From the NCBI GenBank assembly GCA_001949185.1, contig BDGG01000002.1:1023481-1087480 (forward strand): a stretch of DNA of 64,000 nt. Direction: 5' to 3'. Every line of letters starts with the position of its first letter. Position 1 is the stretch's first letter. The translations under genes and the position numbers were made by a program. This stretch comes from Ramazzottius varieornatus. Taxonomy: Eukaryota; Animalia; Tardigrada. The notes beneath the pieces are model-generated. The model had not been told where the DNA came from, did not search any database, and saw only the letters and a list, made by a program, of their open reading frames with translations. Of the stretch, positions 1 through 11,870 are shown piece by piece.

Positions 1-155
1 CTGCCCAGCGTGATCGGATGTTATCAGTTGGCGTAGCTGACTCTCACCCGGGCATCATTTACTGCTCACGTGGTTGAGTGCGTGATGATTTGGTATCACT
101 GTAGTAAGTTACACAGTCTGCATCAAACATCCATAGCATTAATGATTAATTGCTA

Positions 156-427
156 TAGAGGGCTCGGCCAAGCTGAAATAAGCCGTTTTAGCCGTTCTTA
201 GCCGTGACTAAAAATATTTTAGCCACGGCTATAACGTATTGTGCGTTCGAGTGATTTATTGATGGTGAGTCGGCTAAGATAGTTTTAGCATAAATAAATC
301 ATTCGAACGCACAATACATTCTAGTCGTGGCTAAAAGTATTCCAGCTGCTTTAGCCACGGCTAAAATATTTTTAGCCACGGCTAAGAACGGCTAAAACGG
401 CTTATTTCAGCTTGGCCGAGCCTTCTA
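156..427. mobile_element. MITE with long terminal inverted repeats, TA-flanked
   Basis: TAGAGGGCTCGGCCAAGCTGAAATAAGCCGTTTTAGCCGTTCTTAGCC... at 156 is the near-perfect reverse complement of ...GGCTAAGAACGGCTAAAACGGCTTATTTCAGCTTGGCCGAGCCTTCTA ending at 427. TA lies on both sides, with internal TTAGCC/GGCTAA sub-repeats. Confidence 0.85.
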
Positions 428-514
428 TATTACTTGCTATGTGTTCAGAATAGCAAGCATATCTTGCTTCTGCCGTGCCCAAAACTGGATTCCAAGCTGT
501 GTCGGAAACATTGT

Positions 515-1650
515 CGTGTGTGCGTAATTGGAGCAGTGAAACTCTGGCCTGTGCGTACCATGTAATTTCGTTGCAGATCCTCCTTATGACGGTACCTGTT
601 TCGAGATTAGAGACGGCATCGGTGGTGTATGAAACTATCCGGAAAAGGATGTGAGGCCCATCCTCAATGCTAGAAAGACATTTCCTCCTCGTACTTTACT
701 CTTGTCTATCGACATCTCCGTAAGGAGCTCCGAACTACTACTTCCCTCTGTGGGCTTAAAATTCACCGAAAACGTTCGTCAGTCTGCAAAACGTTTGTCA
801 GTCATATAGGCTGGACTACTCCCTGTGCGCCAGTTGAGACGAACTCACTAACCCGTCTTGTCCTTCGCAAGACCAACACTTTTCGCAATGTTACACAAGT
901 CAGAAATTTCCACCATCCTAGTAACACAGACGGCTTTCTGACGCACAAAGAATTACTGCAATATCTTTAGCGCTATATCGATGAACAAAAGCTTGTCAAG
1001 CACGTAAAGGTAAGACTCATCAGCGAAAGCATCTAGCGCGAAGAGTCCTGCTTAGTTTTGTTGCCAGATCGGGGCCGAGTTTCGAGGCCGAAGTGTTAAG
1101 TTACTGCCTGGTTTCTCCTTGCTGCCTGCTTTTTTCTTTTCTCTCTGGCCACGGGATTTTCAAAGTTGCCTCTTTTTCAACCCGTCTGGACTTCCTATGA
1201 CGGGTTGTGGGGTGACCAGTGATCAGCCAAAGCGGAAGACCCTTCAGCTGGAGATCTCAAGACATTAGCCTTCGATGTTATAATCGTCTGTAATGGACGT
1301 CACGACAAACTCTACATTCCCCGACATAACAACCATGGGCAGTTTCAAAGGCAACGGCGTCCCTTCTTCCGAACACCGGGAATCTACCCAGACAAATTTG
1401 TCCTAATCGTCTCAGCCAGTTTGTCGGCCAATGATCTCACGTGCGAGCTGATGGACCACGCCGGGAAATCTTCCTCAGACGAAACGATCTGAAGGATGTC
1501 TTTGCCGACCGCTGCAAGTTTCCGAACGTTTTCCCAGCCCCGGACGAACTCTGTTCCACGCAGAATGGATTTCTTGATGATGAAAGGATCCTAACACCGG
1601 AATGCAGAGTGGACGAGAAATGAGAACAGATGGAAGCATTGTGTCGCTTC
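515..1650 (+). pseudogene. Flavin-containing monooxygenase (FMO) pseudogene
   Basis: FMO motifs occur in the correct order but are broken: RVCVIGA..(frameshift)SGL; CFEIRDGIGGV*NY (TGA 630-632 replaces W); FLTHKELLQYL*RY (TAG 968-970); AFDVIIVCNGRH; and FKG..FRTPGIYPDKFVLIVSASLSANDLTCEL (degenerate second Rossmann motif). Confidence 0.75.
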
Positions 1651-1798
1651 CTCATTCACCATGAACACTAACCATGGCGTTCATCGGTTTGCTATAGTGG
1701 CAGCATCGGTCGCAGTTGAACCGCCAGTTTCGAAAATCAGGCTTGGTGTTGCAAAGAGTACTTGGTTGGGAGGTTCTATAGGGAGGACATGAAGGATA

Positions 1799-2223
1799 CG
1801 GGCACTGATTTGGTCTGGAGAAGTGGAAACATGACGTCACACAAACGAACTGATACGTCATGGACAAATTGCTTTGATTGAGTAGCTGTTAACCACAGTA
1901 CTATCAGGCACAGCTTGGCCAAGCCAGAAAGGCGTTTCACCAGGCCGCCAACTTAGGATCTCGGCTTACGTACCGGAAGCTACGTATAGCTAGGTACGGT
2001 CATGCTTTTAGCTTCTTTGAAGCTAGAAGACAGTTCCATCTCAGATCCCACTCATCACAGCGAGATATCTATTCGAAGTCCGGTGACGGGGCCGTGCCGC
2101 AGCCAAGTTCGACGATCAGATGATTATGCGGATCGTACGCTTGTAAATGTACAGCAGAGCTACATCACCGCTATGCGTTTCGGTGATGTCATTTTTATGA
2201 CGTCAAGACCAAATCAGTGCCCG
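1799..2223. mobile_element. TA-flanked MITE (Tc1/mariner-type target)
   Basis: Perfect 18-bp TIR CGGGCACTGATTTGGTCT / AGACCAAATCAGTGCCCG, with TA at 1797-1798 and 2224-2225. Confidence 0.8.
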
Positions 2224-2676
2224 TAATGAATGAGGACGCCGATGAGACGTTGAGAAAACAGTTGGAAATGGACTTCAGAAATATCTGTTGTTGCCGGTGG
2301 TAGATTGAGACCGCCTATTACGTTAGTCAGCTGGCAGAAGAGGGTGATTCGAACCAGTATTAAATGCCTTAGACGACTTGCTACAGTTTGTAGTGACTTG
2401 GGACTGTATAAACCTTGTGATTCAAGCAGTTGTGCTTGTGGAAGTGTAACTAAAGACTGCAAACATTTTTTTTGTCCACGACTTGGAGCAGAAAACATAG
2501 CATAATGTTGTTTACCAGCAGCTGCAATCTGACATAATCTCAGGAGATCCGAGTTTGCTTGGATATTACATAGGTTAAAAGCATCGATGGGGAAGAAAAT
2601 TCTCCGGGGAGAAAGTTGACGTTTTTCGGCATCGCAAGATTTGTGGAACATTCAGTTAGTAGAGTGAGTCTAGAAG

Positions 2677-3462
2677 TTATCCTCCGAGAATTTTGCTGAG
2701 AATTCCGCCGCTGCTGCTACCAGTACCAGTGCTTGTCCCACTGTCAGTGACGCTGGATGCCGCATTCTTCTTTGAGCTCTTCACTCCGCCAACCACGGCT
2801 CCGGTGGCACCCCCGGCCAGAGCGCCTTGCTTACACGACACACCTGCAACCAGACGAAACAGAATTAACTAAAATGATCCGAAGAACTCTGGAAAAATGG
2901 CGCTGTATCGGACTTTTCTAGACGAGACAGATCTCGGCCTGTCAGAACATTTTACAGATATCAGCTACAGCAGTCCTTGAATGTTTTTGTTCTGAGGGAC
3001 TGAAAGTTTTGAGAAGGCAAACCCGATCCGGTATGATTATGTATCAGGCTTTTCACGGAAGCAGGAGTCGTCCTCTTGTGACATACTAGACGTTCGATAC
3101 TGGTTTCATACACGTATGCTGTTGTACGTGGGATGTTATAGTTATGGTTGAAACTTGAAACGGAAAAGGCATTCAAACCTATCATTTCGGCCAAATGATG
3201 CATTTTACGATGGACCGAGATTGAGTCGGAACCACTTACCGGGTAGAACGGCTCCTGCAAGGCATCCTAAAGCTGCCCCTTTCGCTCCTCCACTGAATAT
3301 TCCTCTCTTTTCTCGTTGTTCACTGGCGGGTACACAACCTGGAAAAATAGTGCGGGAAATAGTATTCCTAATAACAAAAATCGAGAATCAAAATCCTTGT
3401 AACTTACTGGCGCTCAGAACGAACAGAGCCAAGAAGGCAAAAAGGCAGCGTTGGAGAACCAT
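2677..3462 (-). CDS. Secreted glycine-zipper prepropeptide (106 aa, 3 exons), family unnamed
   Basis: Exons 3462-3408, 3338-3240 and 2843-2677 are joined by GT-AG introns with matching phase 1/1. Protein: MVLQRCLFAFLALFVLSA SCVPASEQREKR GIFSGGAKGAALGCLAGAVLPGVSCKQGALAGGATGAVVGGVKSSKKNAASSVTDSGTSTGTGSSSGGILSKILGG*. It has a hydrophobic signal peptide, a REKR furin-type site, GxxxG repeats and two Cys in the mature region. Confidence 0.8.
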
Positions 3463-3536
3463 TTCGACCACGAACCCTGAACACCAGATTTCAAATACAG
3501 AGAGTGTGTTCTTGACACAGCCCTCAGCGGAACGAG

Positions 3537-3543
3537 TTATATA
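3537..3543 (-). promoter_or_regulatory. TATA box of the glycine-zipper gene
   Basis: TATATAA on the minus strand, ~75 bp upstream of the ATG at 3462. Confidence 0.5.
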
Positions 3544-4229
3544 GAGTGAGATGGAAGAAAAATTTGCAGCTAAAGCAACGCGCTAGCGGTTATGAGTTTC
3601 TGTCGTGTCTGAATACTGACATCAATGAAGTATACTTTGCACCGCCGAAAGCTGTTTTTTTCAAGCTAACTGCTAAACTTTCTTTGAATATGGATGCATC
3701 ATCAACAAACCAGGAAAACATGCATGAGCAGTTAAGACAACGGAACAACGCCAGAGACGCAATAATAAAGGCAACCCAGCAAGGCCAAACTGAGTTCATG
3801 TGACTGTATTTCTAAGATAAACAGTGACTCAATACAGAAGGCTTCTTCGTCAGATTTTTCACTACAATAAACATTCTGGATAATGAACAGCGGGGGCAGC
3901 CTCGGTCGGTCCGTAAAAAGACCCTGTATAGCCCAGCGGTGTACTCCGTGTGTTAATGCTGCTTTGTCATTCTTCAGCGGACTGCTTGTGGAAGTTCAAT
4001 CACTTCCAGTTCCAGCATTCAACTGCGTTCTGCCTTCAGAGCGCACTAAAGCTTACGTACTGCACACGATCGCGAGCGGAAATTCTGAATAAAGGTATAA
4101 CACACTAGACCTCAGATACCTCAGACAGGTATGGGTTTTCTGGTCACTACAGACAGGCTTCCCCACCAATCCACAAGGCGCTAACGTTAAATTTTTTGGC
4201 TGTCAGTGCAACGAAAAGATCAGAAATAT

Positions 4230-4417
4230 TCAGTTCCCAAGAATTCTGCTAAATTGGTAAGGGACACCAGCCGCTTTCCGCATAGCCAAATCGCTTCTTT
4301 GTCCAATGACATTAGGTTTTTTTGGTAGCATCTTTCACTACACCACACATCCTTTCACCGCGCCGCTGACGATCCCCCGCTTTTCCAGGGCCTGCTGCAT
4401 GTCGACTGGTGCACAAC
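4230..4417 (-). pseudogene. Relic paralog of the glycine-zipper prepropeptide
   Basis: After acceptor ...TTTACACAG the frame reads CAPVDMQQALEKRGIVSGAVKGCVV* (cf. CVPASEQREKRGIFSGGAKG). Further on is FSRILGN* (cf. LSKILGG*). It has a premature stop and an internal loss. Confidence 0.65.
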
Positions 4418-4847
4418 CTGTGTAAAGTCAGACAGGAAAAAAATTCAAGAAAAAAGGAAGAATGGTAATGGAAGAATATCGCCAAAAGCCAGCCAAAATT
4501 ACGTCAATTCGTCAGGAAGGCTGATTCGTTCGAGATGCATTCGATCAGACTACGCGGCTATCGTACGGTGCCACGAACTTTTGATCGAGGTCTGATCTCA
4601 TCTGTCATATTTTACGTGAACGCTACAGAATGACAATTACGATTATTCTTTATGAAAATAACATTAGGAAACATGCGAAAGCAACGGCTGCAGCGTCAAT
4701 TAGCCTTATTTCGCAAACGAACGGGAAAAAAAAGTTGCACATGACGTGCAATTACAACGCACCCTGGGGTTTTCCATCGTGCCCAACATCAAAGCAAAAG
4801 CTGTGCAATGCGGCACTGAAATGCCGATCGCGAAGGGTAGTGCAAAG

Positions 4848-7356
4848 CAGAGCTGCGGAGTTTTTTTGGCCAGCGGGACACCCGCTCAGTTTTCCCGCTC
4901 CGCTCAGTTATTTTAACTGAGCGGAGCACTAACTGGGAAGGCTCCAGCGGAACTGTAACTGAGCGGGCATCAGTCTTAGCGTAGCGAGAAACCGTCTGTA
5001 GCGGAACTGGAAAGCGCCGTGACGCCGTAAAAATACGTTTAATATTAGGTTCACCCTGTGCGCGTTTTGTCCCTAGGTAGTGAGTAGATAGAAAATCGAT
5101 GGACTTCTAGAACCGAAGAAGCCATCCTACCCAAGGAATCATTCGAAGCAACGTTTACTCAACCTGAACGTAGCTCGGATTCAAGTGGAGACTCTAATTT
5201 GCCCTGACATTCTCGGACACAGTTCATTTGACCGAGCGATAAAAGGAGCGGATTCCGCTCTAAAGGTATTTTTCAACAGGATAAAATTAGAAATGATTAC
5301 TTCATTATCACATACGTTCCACTTGCGCTGATAATCAAATAAACTACTTTCATTCAGTGGCCTAAAAGGGACACCATCACCAGGCGCCTTTTACCAAGCA
5401 TCTACAAGAAGTTAGAAACGAAAGCACTGGACCTTCTAAAGAGTGCCACTGCCATTGCAATCAATTGCGATATCTGGAGCAGCAAGCGTCAGAGAGGATA
5501 CCTCGGAGTTAGTGCGCATTATATCGACGAAAATTTCAAGCTTCAACATGTCTTTTTAGCCTGCCCGAGATTCAGTGGAATTCACAGCGCCGATCAAATA
5601 TTGGATTTGACTGTGGAGGTGTTAACGAAGTTTGAAATTGAAAACAAGGTTTGGTACATTGGAACAGACAACGGACCAAACATTGTCAATGCTTTCAAAG
5701 ATTGGTTTCCTGAATTTATCGACCTCCATGATCCAAACAAATTTGGTAAGTCGTCAAACTCTAATCAAGAAACTGTTTAACTGCAGTCTTAGTAAATAAT
5801 AAGAGCTGTTGATTTTACAGAATAAATTCACTTTAGTTTGATGTTATATCTAGTGATTTTTTTTGTCGTGTTTGCAGATACCGATATGGAAGATGTCTTT
5901 CATCGGGTCATTTACGGTGACGAGGAGCTTGAACTGGAGCCGATAGATGCCGAAGACCTCGACACGAGCAGTCCTCTGGCAGAAGAAGTGGCCGAGAAGT
6001 TGATACAGCGATACGAACTGATGCAAGACCGAAAAATCTTGGTAGTTCGGGCTGATCTTTCTAAAATTAATTCAATTCGTTGCATTTTAATCCGTATCTC
6101 TACATTCACGGCAAATATATTTTTGTGATATGGAGTCCATGTTTTAGGTAAGGTGTGTTGCTCACACACTGCAGCTCTGCCCGAAGACACCTGTTGAAAA
6201 CTGCAAGATGCTAAACAACTCAGTCGAAAAGCTCGCGACGGTTGTGGCAAAGCTGAAGAAGTCAACTCAAGGCTCTGAATATGTGGAAAAGGAGCTGGGA
6301 ATGGCACTGAAAGCACTTTGCGCCACTCAATGGAACAGCAATTTTATGATGGCTGAGCGAGCCATAAAGTTAGACTGGACGGCAGCTGGCCTCGATCCCA
6401 AACACAGGCTGAGTCGCGAGCACCAAAATATTCTGGAGGACTTTGTTGAAATGACAAGACCTTTTCAAGAAGCCTTTGAAACACTGCAGCAAAACGGAGT
6501 GCCTGCTATTTGCCAAGTTCTACCATCGAGGATTCCTTCAGGGAATCCTCGATGGTGATCAGTTCTCAACTCTTCACGGCTACGCGGAGGAACTTTTGAA
6601 ACAGCTAAATGTTAGATTTTCATCGCTTGAGAACGACGACTTGTTTTTGGCAGCAGCGTTTCTGGACCCGGCTGTTAAATTTAGTTTTACTCATGGAACA
6701 GAAAATCCGGAAGCCGTGAAGAGCAGAACACACGCCATCGTGCTGGAAATGATGCGACGTGTCGAGCTCACAAGACCACCACCAGAATCCCGAAGCGAAG
6801 AATTCAAAGTGAAGCGTCGAAGCTCTTTAGCTTCATGGACAAAGAACCTCGTTCATCAGTTTCCTCGCGAAGAGACACTATTTCGGCAGTCAGTGTCGAA
6901 ACTGAGTTTCAGCTGTATCTGGATTCCAGATGGGATGAGATTAGTCCTCTTGAATTCTACGCCAAGAAAGAAAATCAAGATATTTTCAAGCGACTTAGTT
7001 ATCGCTAAACAAGTTTTGTGCGCTACTGCGACAACTGCCGGTATTGAAAGAACTTTTAGCATTTCCGGTCAGATTTTACGTGATCGTAGACTCTTAACCA
7101 GTGATATGAATTTTGCAATGCTATTGTTTTGTAATGTTAATTCTGATCTCCTTACCGCACTTCTCGCTCGACGTATCCAATCCCTTGATGAATAAATCGC
7201 GAAAGTTAAATGATTACTGTGCGGCTTTGTCAAACTGAACTTAACTGAGCGGAAAACTGTCAGTTAGAAAGTTAACTGAGCGGCCAACTGAGCGGGCCTG
7301 GAGGCAAAACTCTCAGCGGAACTCTGAGCTTGCTTTCCGAAAACTCCGCACGACTG
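4848..7356 (+). mobile_element. hAT-superfamily DNA transposon, both ends intact, defective transposase
   Basis: 8-bp TSD GTGCAAAG at 4840-4847 and 7357-7364. Imperfect TIR CAGAGCTGCGGAGTTTT / CAGTCGTGCGGAGTTTT. Subterminal (A)CTGAGCGG repeats at both ends. Confidence 0.93.
5357..7195 (+). pseudogene. hAT transposase (intron-containing, frameshifted)
   Basis: Motifs AINCDIWSS, IGTDNGPNI, RCVAHTLQL, ATQWNS, AAFLDP and the dimerisation motif ATTAGIERTFS. Frame changes occur near 6520 and 6870. No BED finger is seen. Confidence 0.88.
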
Positions 7357-9750
7357 GTGCAAAGCGCCCTCTGCTGGAGACCCAAGCAGTCAGCTTTCAA
7401 TTCGGCATAACAATTGTAGTGTAAAGCTTTATGTACTTGTCGCTGCCTAAAGCCGGTTAAACTCACAATAAGAGAACAGAAGAGTTCGGGAGAGAGGTTT
7501 ATTAGACTTAAATAAAGCTACATGATAGGTACACTGAAGCCGAAAGAAGTCCCCTATTCAAACTGGTCGAAAGGTTATATAGTCGAATTGCAACTTTCCA
7601 GAAACTTCTGGAAAAACGCAGGTCTCATGCCTGGATGCTGAGAAAGCACCGTTCTCAGGAGCTTCTACACTTGAGTTCCTTCTTTCTAGAAACTTCTGGG
7701 AAAAACCAAGTATTGTGCTTACTCGCTGACGAGGCACTTCAGAACTATGAGTCAGTGGATCATATGAGGCTTTACAGTAGCTTCAGGGTAGAGCTTCTCC
7801 CCAATGGCAGTCACACGTCGAAGGATTTAGTACTGGCTTCCTTCAGCCCACGTTTCCGGACAGTAACGATGTTTGGCGTTTGTTGTCTCCCTCCCAAGTA
7901 CATCTCCCAGACGAATGACTTTCCCGGTTTCAGGTTTTCTGCATAGAAATCTCAAGTACTTGTGTTTCCCTCATTTTTTCAACTGATTTACTGTGCAATA
8001 AATGTGTCTACTGAGGACGTAATAATACAGAATATTCGGGGGAAATAAGCAGCTACCAAAACCTCGTTATGCGATCGCCAAGTGTCGTCTCAGATCGGCG
8101 GTGGGTCACACGCATATACCGCATATAACAGTTTTGCACCAGACGAGGAACTACTGAGGGAGCATGCGGTACGAAACGTATGCTGACAGCAGAACCGCCG
8201 GATGAGAAAAATGTAACGGGTGTGTAACCCTAATCATCCAGCCTCTCGAGCAGTACGCTTCACGGGAAAATCATCACGGCAATTGAACTTAATATAGGCA
8301 ACAGCCTTTGTGTTTTTACTGTGTATACTTTTATCGTCAGGCCACGTGCAGAAAAACTAAAAAAGCACTGGTTATTTTTGATGCTCAACGAGAAACAGCA
8401 TGCTGCTGTCACAAGCCTTTTCACATTAAAATAGACTAATGTTTCTGTGGTCAAACCTCGGTCAACCGTCGGCTTCCCAGTGAAGCTGAGGGTTTTGCGA
8501 GGTAAACCCGACGTGCTGATGTCGCACCAGCACAAACCATAAGAAAATCCCCACGGTTCTGTGATTTCCCCAGACAGGGAGGCGCAGCCAAATTAAACTT
8601 GGTTTTTGACTGGCGATTGTGCCGTTTCCGGCTGCCTGTTGACTTACGCGAAATTTCTTTTTCGGAGTTGTAGTCTTCTCCGACATTTTGTTTATCTCCA
8701 TGATTTCAACTCCCAAACCGTTGCCTCATCCGATCTTCGATGATATCTAATTCATGAGGAACGGAGTGCTGAAGACAGAAACGAGCGGAGAAGGACGGAA
8801 TCGGAGGAGCTGAATCTGTGAACTTACCGCGCTCGTCTCTCGAGACTGGTGACTGGAGTCAGCTGTGTGATACCGGGGCCAGATTTCCAAGGTACGGTCT
8901 GCTTTAAAAGTTTCTGAAACCACCACGAATAAATAAAAATCTTTCGCGTTGCCTGTAGTATCGCCTCGAAGACTCACTTGCTAAGTTTCAGGTGCTAAAA
9001 GATGCTGCAAACGTGCTACTCTTGATATCGCTAAGTAAGCATCAATCAATTAATCAAATGAGTAGTGCCTGTGGTTAGTGAATTCAGACTCGTCCGAACT
9101 CAGACGATCATAATTGTTGGTTTTCTTACCACCCTCTCGTTCTTTCAAACTTCGTCTGAGCAGCTCCTCTCCTTCTAGCAGCTCCTTTCCTTCTGGCTAC
9201 TGTCGCCGGGATGCCGCAGAGAGGAATACTGCTGGAAGTCTCTGGAATTCACCATGAGTATGTTTTTGGTTGCTTTGAATTGTGTCTCCCAGTGATTTCG
9301 TCTTCTCTGATATCTCTTCTTCGGCCTTTTAGACCCCTGTACTTCCGAGTTGGTGTATTCAGGTTATCTTCTAGTCGAGATGTAGTTTGTTGCGCTCTTT
9401 TTTCTTCTCCTGTTCGGTGTTTGGTAATGTCAAGAGCAGTTGGAATGAAAATTAATAAAGTCACTTTTTGGGTTTTGTGAGGATTTCTGTCCCGGTGAAA
9501 ACCATGAAAAATTCAGAACTTTTGCATGTCCGATAGACATACATTTCCCAGCGGTAAACCAGTAATGTCATTTTCATGTCGTTATTTGGGTTACTTTTGG
9601 GTTGATATCTGGACCATAGCTGAAACCTCGAGGATTCCAGAAGGTTTCAGCGACGGTTTTGATAGCCGTTGCATCAGGGGCAACATCGGTTGACGACAGC
9701 ACTTCGCACTTTCCAGAGGTTTCAATAGCTGCTCATCATACAGCGCTGGC

Positions 9751-10238
9751 TCAAGCAGTCGCGGCATCAGTGGCTTTGTTCTTAGTGGCTTGGTTGATTC
9801 CACCACCTACTCCTCCAAAAGCGCCATACAGCGGCTCCTTTCAAACAGCCTTGACCTGTAACGACAAGAAAGAGTAGTCGTATGGGATCCACTTTTCATC
9901 GAACTGTTCGTGAGGTATAACCTGGCTTTCTGCAGTCGAGTTTCGTGACATTTTCCCAGATCAAAGAATGACGTTGCAATATCTAGGAATTAGAAAGTGC
10001 AGGGTTACCAGCACTTGGACACACCCGCGATTTTGCCACCGATGCAATACCATTACCGACACCGATATCTCTCTTGTCCCTTTCTGGGCTGACTGCAAGA
10101 CAGCCCGAAAGAATCCAGATCACAGTGAACTTGGCATAAAATTACCCAACAGAATGGCCAACGATCAAGACGGGTTTTGGACTTACTGGCGCTGAGAACG
10201 CAAAGAGCCAAGAAAGCGAATTCGCGGAGCGGCACCCT
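9751..10238 (-). pseudogene. Second relic paralog of the glycine-zipper prepropeptide
   Basis: Same 3-exon layout (10238-10187, 10092-10009, 9855-9751): (R)VPLREFAFLALCVLSA|ISPERDKRDIGVGNGIASVAKSRVCPSA|GQGCLKGAA[frameshift]YGAFGGVGGGINQATKNK. The start codon position reads AGG. Exon-1 DNA is clearly homologous to 3400-3445. Confidence 0.7.
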
Positions 10239-11870
10239 AACGGGTACTGTTGCCGCCGAGGGAGGCTAAAGGGGAAGAAAACGTGAACGAGGATTATGGC
10301 AGCGCGTATCCCAAGTCTTCAACCACTGAATTACTCCCTGTGACTCAGAATGCAATGGTGTTGCCTTATCTCCTTCTTTTGTGACCTACTTTCGCTTCTC
10401 CTCAGTCACATTCCATTCACAAGCTTATCTCCACTAATGTTGTACTTTGCCCTTCACTGGGCAAAGTTCAGCAGAGGGATCCAAACACAAACTTACGAAC
10501 AAAACCAGCTCCGCAACGACAGCCGTGCCCAAATATCCCATGTTAGACCACCTGAAGTGGTTTGACATGTGATAACGTGGGGTATCAAGTCGCATGCAAG
10601 GTTTATTAGTAAGCTCTGCGAGCATTACTTAATAGCCTCACACTGTATCGGCGGCAACAACATGAGGCGCTGGAGACCCATCTTGACGATGTGAAAGGGA
10701 GGCAAAGGCGAGCGACAAGTCCGGAAAGTCTGAACTTCGACTCGCGAAAAACAATACAAACTAATGTTGCTTATACCGTCAATCCTCAACGTATGCAACT
10801 TTTATTTATCAAGCCAATGGTCGAAATATCGGTGCTTGCAAGGGTACATTGCCTCAAGGTATCCACTGTTCGAAATCAGCAATGCTGGCATGGTGGAAAA
10901 TTAATGAGACAATGCTGTGGAAACAACGGTGCGTTACGTGTGCTGTTGATGGTGTGACTACTCCCCAACCAGGAACCTGCCGTGCGGATTCCGCTTTAGA
11001 AATTCGTCATAGTAGCCATAGGCGGAATTCTTGTTCCCTGATCTGTTTAACTATTTAACCACCGATTAGCTAACGGGCTAAGAACGAAACGTTAAACAAG
11101 TTTCTTTTGTTGATAGGATGAATTGGTCGGCAATCTTGCGGTTTTTAGTTCTGATTTCCGGTTACTATACGGCATGAATGATGGTTTTTCATATGTCTGT
11201 GTTTTAGATCATTTACAGTATGTTTCTGTATATTTCTGTTAGCCAGATACCAGGTCTACGCTGGTACTTTCACATCGGTACAGGAGCCGATAAAGACGTT
11301 AACGTAAAATAATAATATCATAATGCTGAAACAAAGCGGTATGTCGATTACAAAACGTAAAATGAAATCACATAGAAAAATGAACACCAGAAACATAAGC
11401 GTCCGACGTCCGCCAGATAATGAAAATGCCAAGCAGCTTTTTGTCTTATTAGCTGTTACGGGCAGATCCTTGTTTAAAACACCGCTGTGTGGACCACTGT
11501 GGTTCGTCGCTGTTTGCATGCGGTATTTCGATAACTCCTTTTGTGGAATAGCTCGCGAAAATAAAAGTGGCGATTCGATCTTATTCGTGATGATCTGCCT
11601 GGACACTCTGCAAAACCAGAATGGTATTCACTCAACATTACCAAGAACAAAAGAAGCTCCCTATCAGCCTGAGCTCCCCACATGTCCATACTTATCCACA
11701 CTTTTTTGCGCACACTGGCCAAATTTCTCACCTTACTGGTTTGTGTAAATTACACGTCGAACCGACACCAGCTCGAGATCGGCAACCAACGCCGGTGGGT
11801 CAGGAGAAGCTACCGGAACTTCTCCATCGTTATCACTCTTCTACAAAGCGACTTACCGTCAACTTCCTCC

